Shown here piece by piece: positions 1-11,527 of a DNA stretch of 64,000 bases. The DNA is taken from NCBI GenBank assembly GCA_002189035.1, contig NEEC01000012.1, forward strand, positions 1,984,001 through 2,048,000, given 5' to 3'. The translations under genes and the position numbers were made by a program. The number at the start of each line of letters is the position of its first letter. The stretch's first letter is position 1. The stretch is from Utricularia gibba. Its lineage: Eukaryota; Plantae; Magnoliophyta. A model generated the notes under the pieces. The model made no database searches, was not told the DNA's origin, and saw nothing but the letters and a program-made list of their open reading frames with translations.

Positions 1-1855
1 TGGATTAGCAGCACGACAGATGAACATTCACCTCTGTTTAAGTAAAGCCAGTAGAATAAGGGCTAAGAGTAGATATGGGTAAGGATACTGGTGAATTTAA
101 ATATTCATTGATCTGTCATAAGTCAAACACATTACCCTTAATTATACAACATTGATACGAAATGAATCTATATAATACATAGGTACGAGTAGATTCGATA
201 TTTTTTACTAAATGAGTTGAACAACTCAATCAATTGAATCTAGAATTTATGAATTAAATTCGATTCATGATAATATATATAAATTATATAATGATTCGAG
301 TCAACTCATGATTTAAGATGAATGTAATATATTAAATTGTATTCATTTAATCACAATTTTTTCATTAAATCGTAATTTTTTTATGTTGACTTGACGTATT
401 CAACTCATATGTCCATTTCTACCTCCCAGCCAGCAAATGATAAGAGCTAGGCACTTCATCCTGTATTACTGAATAGAGCACCCCACTTTGCATATATTAG
501 GGATACAAGCATCTTCCACTCATCTAAAGGGTAAAGCATGAATGGTTTACAACGAAATCGACTAGCAAGAATCACAGCAAATGCTCTTGAGTTGCCGTAA
601 GTGGAAGAAGATAACTGCAAAATCAGTAGGAGACTTGTTTCTGGTTTAGCAATCACAGACAATATTGCAAGGAAACAAAGTGATGATTCCAAAACCAGCA
701 CAAGGAGAGGCCCTGCGACCCAACAAGCTGAGCTAATAACTCCAGTTATTATTACATAGGAAACTACTTTCTATAAAGTCCCTTAATATTCAAAAACTTG
801 GGAAACACCAACTTAGTTTTAATCCCCCAAACAAAACTTTGATCAATGAGATGGGAAACGAAAGATGATCTTGGCCCTCTATCCGCTCTTCAACCATGAT
901 GAAACAGCTAAGATAACAAGAGAACCACCCCACCCCCAACAAAAATGTAAGATCATTTGCATTGTACATGTTAAAAATTGAAACTTTACATAATAGCTTG
1001 TTTTGAAAACTTAGATCGAAAAACAAGAAAAGTAAAAGAAAACATACCAGTTTTACATAAAAACTCGAGATGAGAGAATATCACGGGTAATGAAGTCGTT
1101 CATCACTACAAAAGAAAAGTTTTTAAAATTACAATACTTATAAAATAAAATAATTAAGTAAGAAAATAAATGTAAATAATATTAAATTTCTTAAAAGAAA
1201 AGTCTTATATCTTATATTGTATGATGTCGTATGAAATAAACATCATGTCTTGTTATTATATTAAATTATGATAACTCAAATTATAACAAATTGAAGACAT
1301 TAACCCAACAAAAAATGTTGAAACCATTATGTTCACACAAAAAATGGAACCATCCATGACCTTTGAATGGCTAAAAGTTGCGCCAGAGAATCCAATCATT
1401 AGTCATCAAAATTGTAGAACTGATGAGATGGGTGTTGATAGGAATTGCCTGAACTCCAACTCTCTACTTACATCAACATGATGATGAACATTGATAAGTG
1501 TATCTGCTTCCATTCTGAGATTTGAAGCGCACAGCATTACAACAAAAAAGTCAAGGATCCATACGAGTTCAATCAAAATAAAAAATTTGGAGCTATGAAT
1601 CGATCTAAAGTTTTAACTTCAAAGAACAATCCAATCCATCACAAAATCTAATTTAAAAAAAAAACAATCTTTACTTTCTTTGATGGGGAAGAAGGATGAA
1701 TTTTGTGGCAAGACTGATCATGGTGACTGGTGAGTGCTCTCTCTACAATATTATTTATTAGGAAGAAAAATATATCCATATTGTACAAATTAGCAATGAG
1801 GTGTCGTCTATGCAAATTTATCCCTTTCAGGGTTTAAGCCTCATATGCAATTATA

Positions 1856-4800
1856 ATGGCCGCCGCCGCTTCTATTGCCGTCACCGTCGTGTCTTCTGGT
1901 TCAGGTTGTGGCTTTTCGAGCAAGCCTGAGCCGTGCATCACCTGCGCTAGCTTGTTTGCTATCCGCCGTCGAACTGCCTGGCCATTGAGCAAACTGGTAC
2001 GTCACAATGCGTTGGGAAGGCCACGACTTTTGTGTTTCTGTTTTGTATGAAAAGTTGATTTTTTTCGTGTTCAGGGAACTGGACGGGGATTTATTCTTCT
2101 GTGTTTCGCGCGAAGGCTATGGCGCAAACTCTTTCTAATTCAGCAGTGGAGAGTTTGTCCTCGGGTTCTGGTACTTCTTCCTTCCTAATGAGATTTGTTA
2201 GGGAGTGGCAACTTTGCTGTTGTTCTCAAAATTGCATGCGCTCCTTTCTAATATCAAATTCTCTTATGCTTTTTTAAGGAAAGAGGCAAGCTTTGGTTTC
2301 ATTGTCGGACAAGAGGGACTTGGAAATTCTTGGCCGGGGACTCCAAGAGCTGGGGTATTCATTATTTTATTTAATTTCTTCATGGTGATTTGGAAGATGG
2401 GTTGTATTTTGAAGACTAACTCTTATAGTTCATCTCCTTTTTCCACTGAGTAGAGGGGATAAGTAATGGATGCCTCATGTTAACATTACTCAAGAGTTGC
2501 TTTCTTAGTGTGAACGCTTGCACTCGATTGAGATATTCACTAATGACGTATCCATGTTTCAAGGTTCAACATAGTTTCCACGGGAGGGACGGCCGCATCC
2601 ATTGAAAGTCTTGGGGTCCCCGTTACCAAAGTGGAAAAACTTACTTCTTTTCCTGAAATGGTGTTTCTCTAGGCATTTTTTTGTCTGCCTTTCATTATTT
2701 TGTATAATCTAAGTGCCTGCAATTTCCTTTTACATTTGTTTTCATGCCCTGTGAAAAATCATTGTTGCCATTTCATTGCCATAATCGAATGCTTTCTCAC
2801 CCTTTCTCGTATTTGAACAGCTTGATGGTCGTGTGAAAACCTTGCACCCAAACATTCATGGAGGCATCCTTGCAAGAAGAGATCAGAGGCATCACATGGA
2901 AGCTCTTGAGAATCATGGAATCTGTGAGTGAACATTTTTTTTGTAGAACTATGTTTTGGAGTTCAGGCATCTTTGCATCATCCTTCCATTCTTTGCATCT
3001 GTGAGTAAAACGTTTTCATCATCGGAAGGTTAAATCTTTTGTTTTCTTTTTTCCGTTTTTCAGTTTCATTCAGTGTTTCTCTTTTAGTGCACGATTAATC
3101 ATAATTAATTACCTCCATATGAAATGGACAATATGGTTTGGTGACTTGCTTATTGATGAAAACGAGCTCCAAAGTAATTAGCATTATACTTAAATATAGT
3201 TCGGGTGACTTTTTCTTTGATATTTTTTTCCATTCTCTTTTGACGTCTAGTCCATCATTTGTATGTAAACTTGTGTTTCTGCAGGTACATTTGATGTAGT
3301 CGTAGTTAATTTATATCCCTTCTATGATAAAGTTTCGGCTTCTTGTGGGGTATCTTTTGAAGATGGGATTGAAAATATCGATATTGGTGGACCTGCCATG
3401 ATAAGAGCTGCGGCTAAGGTACATGAGGCTCAAACACTGATGCTTCGTTTTTGTAGTCAGAGCATTAACTTTTTTTGGTTTTCCCCAAGGACCCCGTAAA
3501 CTTCCTCTTAGAGACCTGAGCAAAACTATAACTTCTCGAGGTTTCATTTTGCACTCTGATAGATTTCCATATACAGAGGAGATTGTTATCTTCATGTTTT
3601 TCTCTTCTCTTTAACTTTTTGTTATGTGTATATGTGTGAGGCCGGATTCCTTCATATTACTAATGTGGATAAACGTATCTTTTTTCTCTGCAGAATCATA
3701 AGGATGTTCTAGTTGTAGTAGACTGCAATGATTATCCAGCACTATTAGAATATTTGAAAAACAACCAGGACGACCAGCTCTTTCGTAGATGGCTAGCTTG
3801 GAAGGCTTTTCAGCATGTAGCTTCATATGACTCTGCTGTCTCTGAATGGTTGTGGAAGAGTACTGAAACAGGTAGTTCCAATTTCTTCATTCCCAGTTCA
3901 TTTAACGTATTGTTTCCCATGGATGTGAAAAGAATACACCACTTTGGAGTAGCAGTTTGCATTTAAATGTATAATGTGCAAAATCTTTCACAGGCAAGTT
4001 CCCCCCGCCATGGCAGTACCTCTGTCTCTCATTAGTTCACTTCGGTATGGTGAAAACCCTCACCAGAAAGCTGCATTTTATGCTGATAAGTCTTTAGCAG
4101 AGGTAAATGCTGGTGGCATTGCCTCTGCTATACAACACCATGGAAAGGTATGATAATCCCCTATTTCATTGAGCCTGAGTTGTTTTCCTGTAACCATTTT
4201 TAGCTGATTTGATAACCATTTTTTGGTTTTGCTAAATATGTTTCTCAGTTCAGTGTCTTTTATCATGCTTCAGTTAACGAGTGACTCATGAAATGTTTTC
4301 ATCATGCAGGAGCTCTCTTATAACAATATCTTAGATGCAGATGCTGCCTGGAGCTGTGTATGCGAATTTAGCAAACCAACCTGTGTTGTGGTGAAGCATA
4401 CCAATCCTTGCGGCGTGGCGTCGCGCGACAATATTGTGGATGCATACAGACTGGCTGTAAAAGCAGATCCTGTTAGTGCTTTTGGAGGCATCGTGGCCTT
4501 CAATGTTGAAGTCGACGAGGTATCACACATCTGACTCCTCAACATGCAGTTTTTACTTCGTAACTTAAGATCTGTTTGATGCATCTTTAAAAAGATAACT
4601 CTAAAAAAAGTGATTCTCTATATTGAAGAAGCATTTCAGTGTTTCAATTCTATGTAAAGTAAAAATAGTGTGTTTTGTCTGAGAATTACTTCTAGAAGTA
4701 ATTTTATTAAAACTGAAGTTGAAGTTGCACCAAACAGATTCTTGGATTGTTGTTAATGCATGTCGCATTCCTCATTTTTACGAATGAACATGTCGTGGGC

Positions 4801-5637
4801 ATATGGTAACTTTGATCGTTGCAAAATCCTCAGGCCTTTCGATGTATTCATCCTATTTGCTTCTCAGGATTTAGCCAGAGACATAAGAGAGTTCAGGAGT
4901 CCAACTGATGGAGAAACCCGCATGTTCTATGAGATCATCATCGCTCCCAAGTACTCCGAAAAGGGCCTCGAAATACTCCGAGGGAAGTCCAAGAACTTGA
5001 GAATCCTCCAGGCAACCAAAAGCACCGGAGGAAAGATTTCACTGAGGCAAGTCAGCGGTGGCTGGTTGGTTCAGGAGGCAGATCAGCTAAGCCTGGAGGA
5101 TATCCAGTTCAGTGTCCGCTCAGAGAAATCCCCACAGGAAAATGAACTCGACGACGCCAAATTCGCATGGCTCTGCGTAAAACATGTGAAGAGCAACGCC
5201 ATTGTCATAGCCAAGGTCTGCATTTCCCCTGACTTCCTGCACACTTCACTAGTTTTCACTGCAGCAAGTTTATTTTGGACAGAACAACTGCATGCTCGGT
5301 ATGGGATGCGGCCAGCCGAACCGTCTCGAGAGCTTGAGGATTGCGATGAAGAAGGCAGGGGATAACATCACGGGAGCTGCTCTGGCCAGCGACGCGTTCT
5401 TCCCATTCGGTACATTTTCCTTCTAGAAGGCGTGCTTGGAATCCTCCATCACCTCTTAGTTTTGTGTTGTGGTGCATCGTCGCAGCTTGGAACGACGCCG
5501 TGGAGGAAGCGTGTCGAAGCGGCGTCGGCGTGATCGCAGAGCCGGGCGGCAGCCTGAGGGATCCCGACGCGGTGGACTGCTGCAACAAGTACGGAGTTGC
5601 ACTCGTCTTCACCCAAGTAAGGCACTTCAGGCATTGA
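1856..5637 (+). CDS. purH: Bifunctional AICAR transformylase/IMP cyclohydrolase, plastid-targeted, about 12 exons
   Basis: Spliced exons give [119 protein letters not shown] and a C-terminal VRHFRH stop at 5635-5637. Transit-peptide exons (1856-2161) are uncertain. Apparent 1-nt deletion in the C run at 4001-4006. Confidence 0.96.
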
Positions 5638-6874
5638 TGGACGACCAAACTAGTGAACCTGATGGAAGAACGGGGGAGCGCATTTTATTTTTTACTACTT
5701 TTTTTAAAAAATAAAATTACATCATATCATTTTTAATCCATTAATTAATCAAATAGAGAAAGTCAATTTTTTAATATTATTAATCTAAGAATATATTAGA
5801 TGTATGATTTATTTTTTGACTTGTAATTTAAAGTATATATTAAAATTAGAGAAAAATCATTTTTGAAATTACAATATTTGAATTTTTTTATTTTATAGTT
5901 GAACACTTTATATTATGTAAAATCCAATTAATAAGTTTATCAATAAACTCATCTTATGGTATCTTGATCAAAAATTTGTTGGAATTAATTATCACAATTG
6001 TTATTTGCACTATTTTCTCTTTTTATTCAATAATTATGTATTTTTCAAATAAATCATAAAAAAATTTAAGTTATAATTGATTCAATAATTATGGTTCAGC
6101 ACAATTATTCAAAATTATGGGAAATTATTTGAAAAAAAATACATAATTATTGAATCAAAAAAAAAGAAAAGAGTGAAAATGATAATCGTGATAGTTAGTT
6201 ACAATGAGTTTTTGGTTGTAATGTTATAGAATGAATTCATTTGTAAACTTTTGGTTAAGATTTTACACAATATATAGTATTTGATTGTAAAATAAAAATA
6301 AATCAAATATTATGTTTTTAAAAAATATTTTCCTTAAAATTAATTATTATATATTATCCCAATTTTTAATTATTTATAATTTTTATTCAAACTTTCACTT
6401 AACTTTTACTTATTTTAAATTTTTTTATATTTCTACTCAAAATCCAACTTATTTTGTAAGTTACCTTGGCCTACTTATCAAAATAAGTCATCAATTTTTT
6501 CAAATATTGTGCACACAACAACTACTTATTTAGATTCTACTCATTTAATAAATTATATTTATAAATTAAGTAAAAGTTATGAAATAAGTTGTGTAGATTA
6601 TATTCTAAGTTTTTGTATAATATCAAATATTAATATAATCTCATTTGACCATATCATTTTTAATTCGACATACTTGATTTATAGGAAAAAAAGTAGATTT
6701 ATTTTTTTTAATTTAAAAAATATTTGAATATAATTCATTATATTCAATACTAATTGCATATTTAATATATATTTTTTTACTTTTAAAATTGTTGTGTGTC
6801 TGGTGTGGATCATTTTGAAGGATGAAAATAAAAAATGTAATTATATATATATAATTTTATGTTGTATATGAAAT
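5455..6874 (+). repeat. Direct repeat copy A (purH last intron/exon plus AT-rich 3' flank)
   Basis: Colinear with 9828-11136 throughout, e.g. the shared GAGCGCATTTTATTTTTTACTAC and GTGCACACAACAACTACTTATTTAGATTCTAC blocks; roughly 90% identical by eye. Confidence 0.93.
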
Positions 6875-6897
6875 GAAATGATCTCTTCCTCTATTCT

Positions 6898-7080
6898 ATC
6901 AAGGAACAGGTGAAGATCATTGTGGCATGTGCCGTTCTACACAACTTTATATGGAATGAAATGGATGTTAATCCATTTGAAAATGAACTTGATGATGAAC
7001 ATGAGGAAGATGATACCGAGCCAGATATTAGCATAGTAGAATCAACCCTTATGAGATTGCAAGGAAGTTATATGATGAAT
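6898..7080 (+). pseudogene. HARBI1/DDE_Tnp_4-like transposase C-terminal fragment
   Basis: KEQVKIIVACAVLHNFI followed by an acidic tail (ENELDDEHEEDDTEPD), typical of the end of plant Harbinger transposases. The upstream catalytic region is absent. Confidence 0.75.
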
Positions 7081-7424
7081 GGAAAACATGACATATGCAG
7101 ATTCAACTTTGGTATTAATTCATTGTTGGTTTATACCTTTTCTTTATTATAATATTTCAACAATGGATTCCAAATTTAGTTTCAATTGTTATCATTTTGT
7201 GTTTTTGGGCTGTGTTGACGTTGCTTTTGGTTATTCATTATATATGCTATTCATTATACATGTTTGTTTCTAGCATTAATTATAATGTTTTATAATATTG
7301 ATATTTTAGTATAAATTATATATGTTATTTATAGAAGTACATAAAATAGGTATACTACATCTATTTTTATTTACATATTTTCTAATGTATTTTAAAACAA
7401 ATAATTATTAATACTTTAGACAAT

Positions 7425-7800
7425 TAATATAAAATAAATAATACATTCAATCATTAGAAAAGTATAAGGATATAATGCATTTTTTTTATTAAAAATAAAT
7501 AATTAATAAAAATAATACATTCGATACTTATCATTTTTAAAAATAAAGTATATTTTTTATGACAAAATGATGCATTCGATCCTCAAAAACATAAATATAG
7601 AATGTAATATTTTTATTAAAATAAATAATACATTCGATTATTATTGCTTCTAAAAATAAAATATATTTTTTATTATAAAATGATGTACTCAATTCTTAGA
7701 AAATATAAGGATATAGTGCATTATTTTTATTAAAAATAAATAATACATTCTAATCTTATGTATTTTAAGGATTAAATGCATTGTTTATTTTATTAAAAAT
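7425..7800. repeat. Degenerate AT-rich tandem repeats
   Basis: Recurring TAAAAATAAATAATACATTC and AAGGATATA.TGCA blocks at irregular spacing of roughly 60-130 bp. Confidence 0.55.
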
Positions 7801-8575
7801 ATTTCATTCTATACTTACATGTTATATGAGTTAAGTATGTTGTTTATCCATAACGTATGTGCGTTGTTGACTTACGTGGGTTACCCATAACCCAATTCTG
7901 TATGACATGCTGATGACATGGACGTGGGTCACATAACCCATGCCCATGTGCAATGCCGATGACACGAATGTCGTTCGTGTGAGTTGCCGATGGATGTGGA
8001 TAACGCATGAGATTGTCAATGGACGTGGGTTATGTGTAACCCACGTTCGTGTTGCGTTTGATTATATATGTATATAATTTAATATTGTAGTATTAAATGA
8101 ATATAAAATATTTATATCCATGTTAAATGTACAAAATAAAATTGAAAATTTAATTGATTTGATTTTTAATAAATAAATCAAATCTTAATTGATTGATGTT
8201 ATTTTATATGTGAATATGTATTTTAGTAAAAATAGTTATGAAAGAATATTGTTTAATATATATTTATGACTATTATTTTTATAAAAAAGATATAATAAAA
8301 TGACATATTTAATGAAATATATTCTAAAGATATTTAAAATTATAATATATTTTTAATTACATTTAAATGATGATTAGTGAAGCTAATTTTTCCCAACAAA
8401 ACATTACGTAATACAAAAAAGGCAATCTTGTAATCTTAATCCATTGTTATACATAATGCAGCAAAATAGACAACAAAACACATACTCCTACATAATACAA
8501 AAGAGATGTATTGTGCAGCATCAAATCATTGTTTTTGGGATAATAAAAGAGGCAATGCTTCATTAAAGTTGTTTG

Positions 8576-9553
8576 TCATATAATCTGAAGTAGATCAGCA
8601 ACCCACTCAAGACGATTGTTCTCACTCATTTCAAGAAAACATTCTATTTTTGGTTGATCACTAAAAATCCTTGCATATACCTCGCCTTTTTGCTTAGCAG
8701 TCAAACCCGTTGTTCCTACAATTTCTGGCACAGTCTTTCTATCATATGGGTTCCCACACATCAATGCAATCGTCATGGTGAACATATCCTTATTATTTGC
8801 AGCAATAGTATCTAGCTTCTGGACCAAGTTGTTCATCAATCCAATGGGATCATCAAATGCCTTCCTCTTACCCAACCTTTTTGATTTTGTTCCAGCAGTC
8901 TCAATGCAGGAACTGCATTGATGGCTGAAGACTTTGTACCAAAAGATCCTGCTTCTAGATTACTGGTTGATACCTCAGGTGGCCCTTGAGGAGGTGCAAA
9001 CTCATCAAGTCCATCTTCTTCATTGCATCCAAAACCTTGATCACCACTTGCTCGATCTTTTTCAAATATCTCACACCATGCCTCATACATTGGGAACGAT
9101 TTATCCTTTAGTGTAGAAAACTCGACCTGTCATGCTGCAAAACAAAAGTATAAAAATATGAAAACTTAAGGTATCTTAAAAGAATAGTTAGAGGTAGTTC
9201 ACCTCTAAAAGCTCGTTCCATTGCTTGTCGGTGACATTTATCATTTTGGTTATCTGGTTGAAGCTATTTCCAGACCTATTCACAAAATCATACACGGCAC
9301 TCCATTGATTCTTCCAAATTTTTATCTTAGATTCGATATGGGGTGTGGCTCGCAAATCACAATTTCGCAACTTCAATTTCAAAGCCATTTCTGGATCTTT
9401 CTGATAGTTACCCCTGAAACCATTTTCACAATGCCCTCCGTTAACAATATACTCACACAAACAGTCAAGGAATACGTGCTCTTTGGCTGGAACCCATGAG
9501 CGTCTAGCACGCTTTGATTTCTATGTGTTTTCCACCATGTGTGAATCTGCCAT
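8576..9553 (-). pseudogene. Myb/SANT-like DNA-binding protein of the Harbinger element, two exons, disrupted
   Basis: ATG at 9553, in-frame TAG at 9523-9521, then RRSWVPAKEHVFLDCLCEY...NGFRGNY...PHIESKIKIWKNQWSAVYD. After an intron, a frameshifted exon gives KSFPMYEAWCEIFEKDRASG, matching the FP.Y..L..IFGKDRATG family motif. Confidence 0.85.
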
Positions 9554-9827
9554 TTGCGGCTAAAGACTTGAGAAGCAGGCTTAGGGTTCGTAAAATCACC
9601 AAGAACGCTGCATTTGAGTAAACTCAATGCACATCCAAAATTCCCTCGATTTATTTCAGTAAAATAAGGACATTTTCATTATTTTAGATATACAAACAAT
9701 TATCTCATCCCAATTATTACAATATAAATAAAACACATCAAAATACATTCCCATTTAATCCTAACCTACTATCCTACTTAATTTTATCTTGAGATAACTT
9801 ATCCCACGAACCAAACGCAAATGCAAC

Positions 9828-11136
9828 CTTAGTTTTGTGTTGCGGTGCAACATCGCAGCTTGGAACGACGCCGTGGAGGAAACGTGTCGAAGCGACGTCG
9901 GCGTGATCGCAGAGCCGGGCGGAAGCCTGAGGTATCCCGAAGTGGTGGACGAGCGCATTTTATTTTTTACTACTTATTTTAAAAAATTAAAATTACATCA
10001 TATCATTTTTAATCCATTAATTAATCAAATAGAGAAATGTTAATTTTTTTAATATTATTAATCTAAGAATATAATATGGATTTATTTTTTGACTTGTAAT
10101 TTAAAATATACATTAAAATTAGAGAAAAATTATTTTTTAAATTACAATGCTTGAATTTAATTTTATTTTATAGTTGAACACTTTAGATTATATAAAATCC
10201 AATTAATAAGTTTATCAATAAACTCATTTTATGGGTATTCTGGTCAAAAATTTGTCGAAATTAATTATCACAATTGTTATTTGCACTATTTTCTTTTTTT
10301 ATTCAATAATTATGTTTTTTTTCAAATAAATCATAAAAAATTTTAAGTTATAATTGATTCAATAACTATGGTTCAGCAAATTATTAAAAATTATGGGAAA
10401 TTATTTGAAAAAAAACATAATTATTGAATAAAAAAAAGGAGAGCAAATGATAATCGTGATAGTTAGTTACGCTGAGTTTTTGGTTGTAATGCCGTAGAAT
10501 GAATTTATTTGTAAACTTTTGGTTAAAATTTTACAAAATATAAAGTAATTGAATGTAAAATAAAAATAAATCAAATATTATGATTTAAAAAATATTTTCC
10601 TTAAAATTAATTATTATTGATTATTCCAATTTTTCATTATTTATAATTTCTATTCAAATTTTTACTTAATTTTTATTTATTTTAAATTTCTTTATATTTC
10701 TACTAAAAACCAACTTATTTTGTAAGTTACCTTTGCCTACTTATCAAAATAAGTCATCAAGTTTTTCAAATATTGTGCACACAACAACTACTTATTTAGA
10801 TTCTACTCATTTAATCAATTATATTTATAAATTAAGTAAAAGTTATGAAATAAGTTGTGTAGATTATATTCTAAGTTTTTGTATAATATCAAATATTAAT
10901 ATAATCTCATTTGACCATATCATTTTTAATTAGACATACTTGATGTATAAAAAAAAAACTAGATTTAATTTTTTTAATTTAAAAAATATTTGAATATAAT
11001 TCATTATATTCAATATTAAGTTGTATATTTCATATATATTTTTATTTTTAAAATTGTTGTGTGTTTGGTGTGGATCATTTTAAAGGATGAAAATAAATAT
11101 TTAATTATATATATCATTTGATATTATATATGAAAT
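9828..11136 (+). repeat. Direct repeat copy B
   Basis: Copy of 5455-6874 lacking about 98 bp that correspond to 5578-5675. Confidence 0.93.
9859..9950 (+). pseudogene. Truncated duplicate of the purH last exon
   Basis: cag acceptor then [30 protein letters not shown]; the last ~19 codons and the stop are deleted and no upstream exons are present. Confidence 0.9.
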
Positions 11137-11527
11137 AATAACTTTTGCACTGAATTTAAAAAAATGAAAAATTAAATACAATTAAATTTATAGATTGCTT
11201 ATGGTATTATTAGAAAATATAATTAATAATTTAAAAAATGAAAAGAAAATCGCTATATTTTCGTGATGGCTGCTGTCTAAACAAGCATCCCAATCCGTTA
11301 GGTCAAAATTCCTGATCCCTTTGTTTCGTTTCCAGCCTGATTGTAGTTACCTTTTTTTTTCTTTCTTCGTCGTAAAGTTGAGTTTGGAAGCGGAAAAGTT
11401 TCAGTGCATCATCTTCTTTTTGTATAAGGTTTTGTGCGTATTCTTTTTTTTAACGATTTGAGGAACGCATGCCCATGTTCAAATTCCTGGTCAGGTCGTG
11501 GGTGCTGAGCCGGTGGCAAACGCGGGA

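Larger units (their letters stand above)
6795..9819. mobile_element. Decayed PIF/Harbinger DNA transposon (convergent transposase remnant and Myb/SANT gene)
   Basis: Transposase C-terminal motif on +, Myb/SANT-like gene on -, PIF/Tourist-like terminus TTATCCCACGAACCAAACGCA at 9799-9819, and a weaker partner TGTGTCTGGTGTGGAT at 6795-6810. The left boundary is inferred. Confidence 0.75.

Noticed and set aside
456-1513. Minus-strand ORFs (456-701, 790-1026) and a possible first exon MEADTLINVHHHVD|GTAAGT (1513-1472) of a gene divergent from purH
   Set aside because: No recognisable motif and no consistent exon chain could be built; the gene may run off the window, so it is left uncalled.
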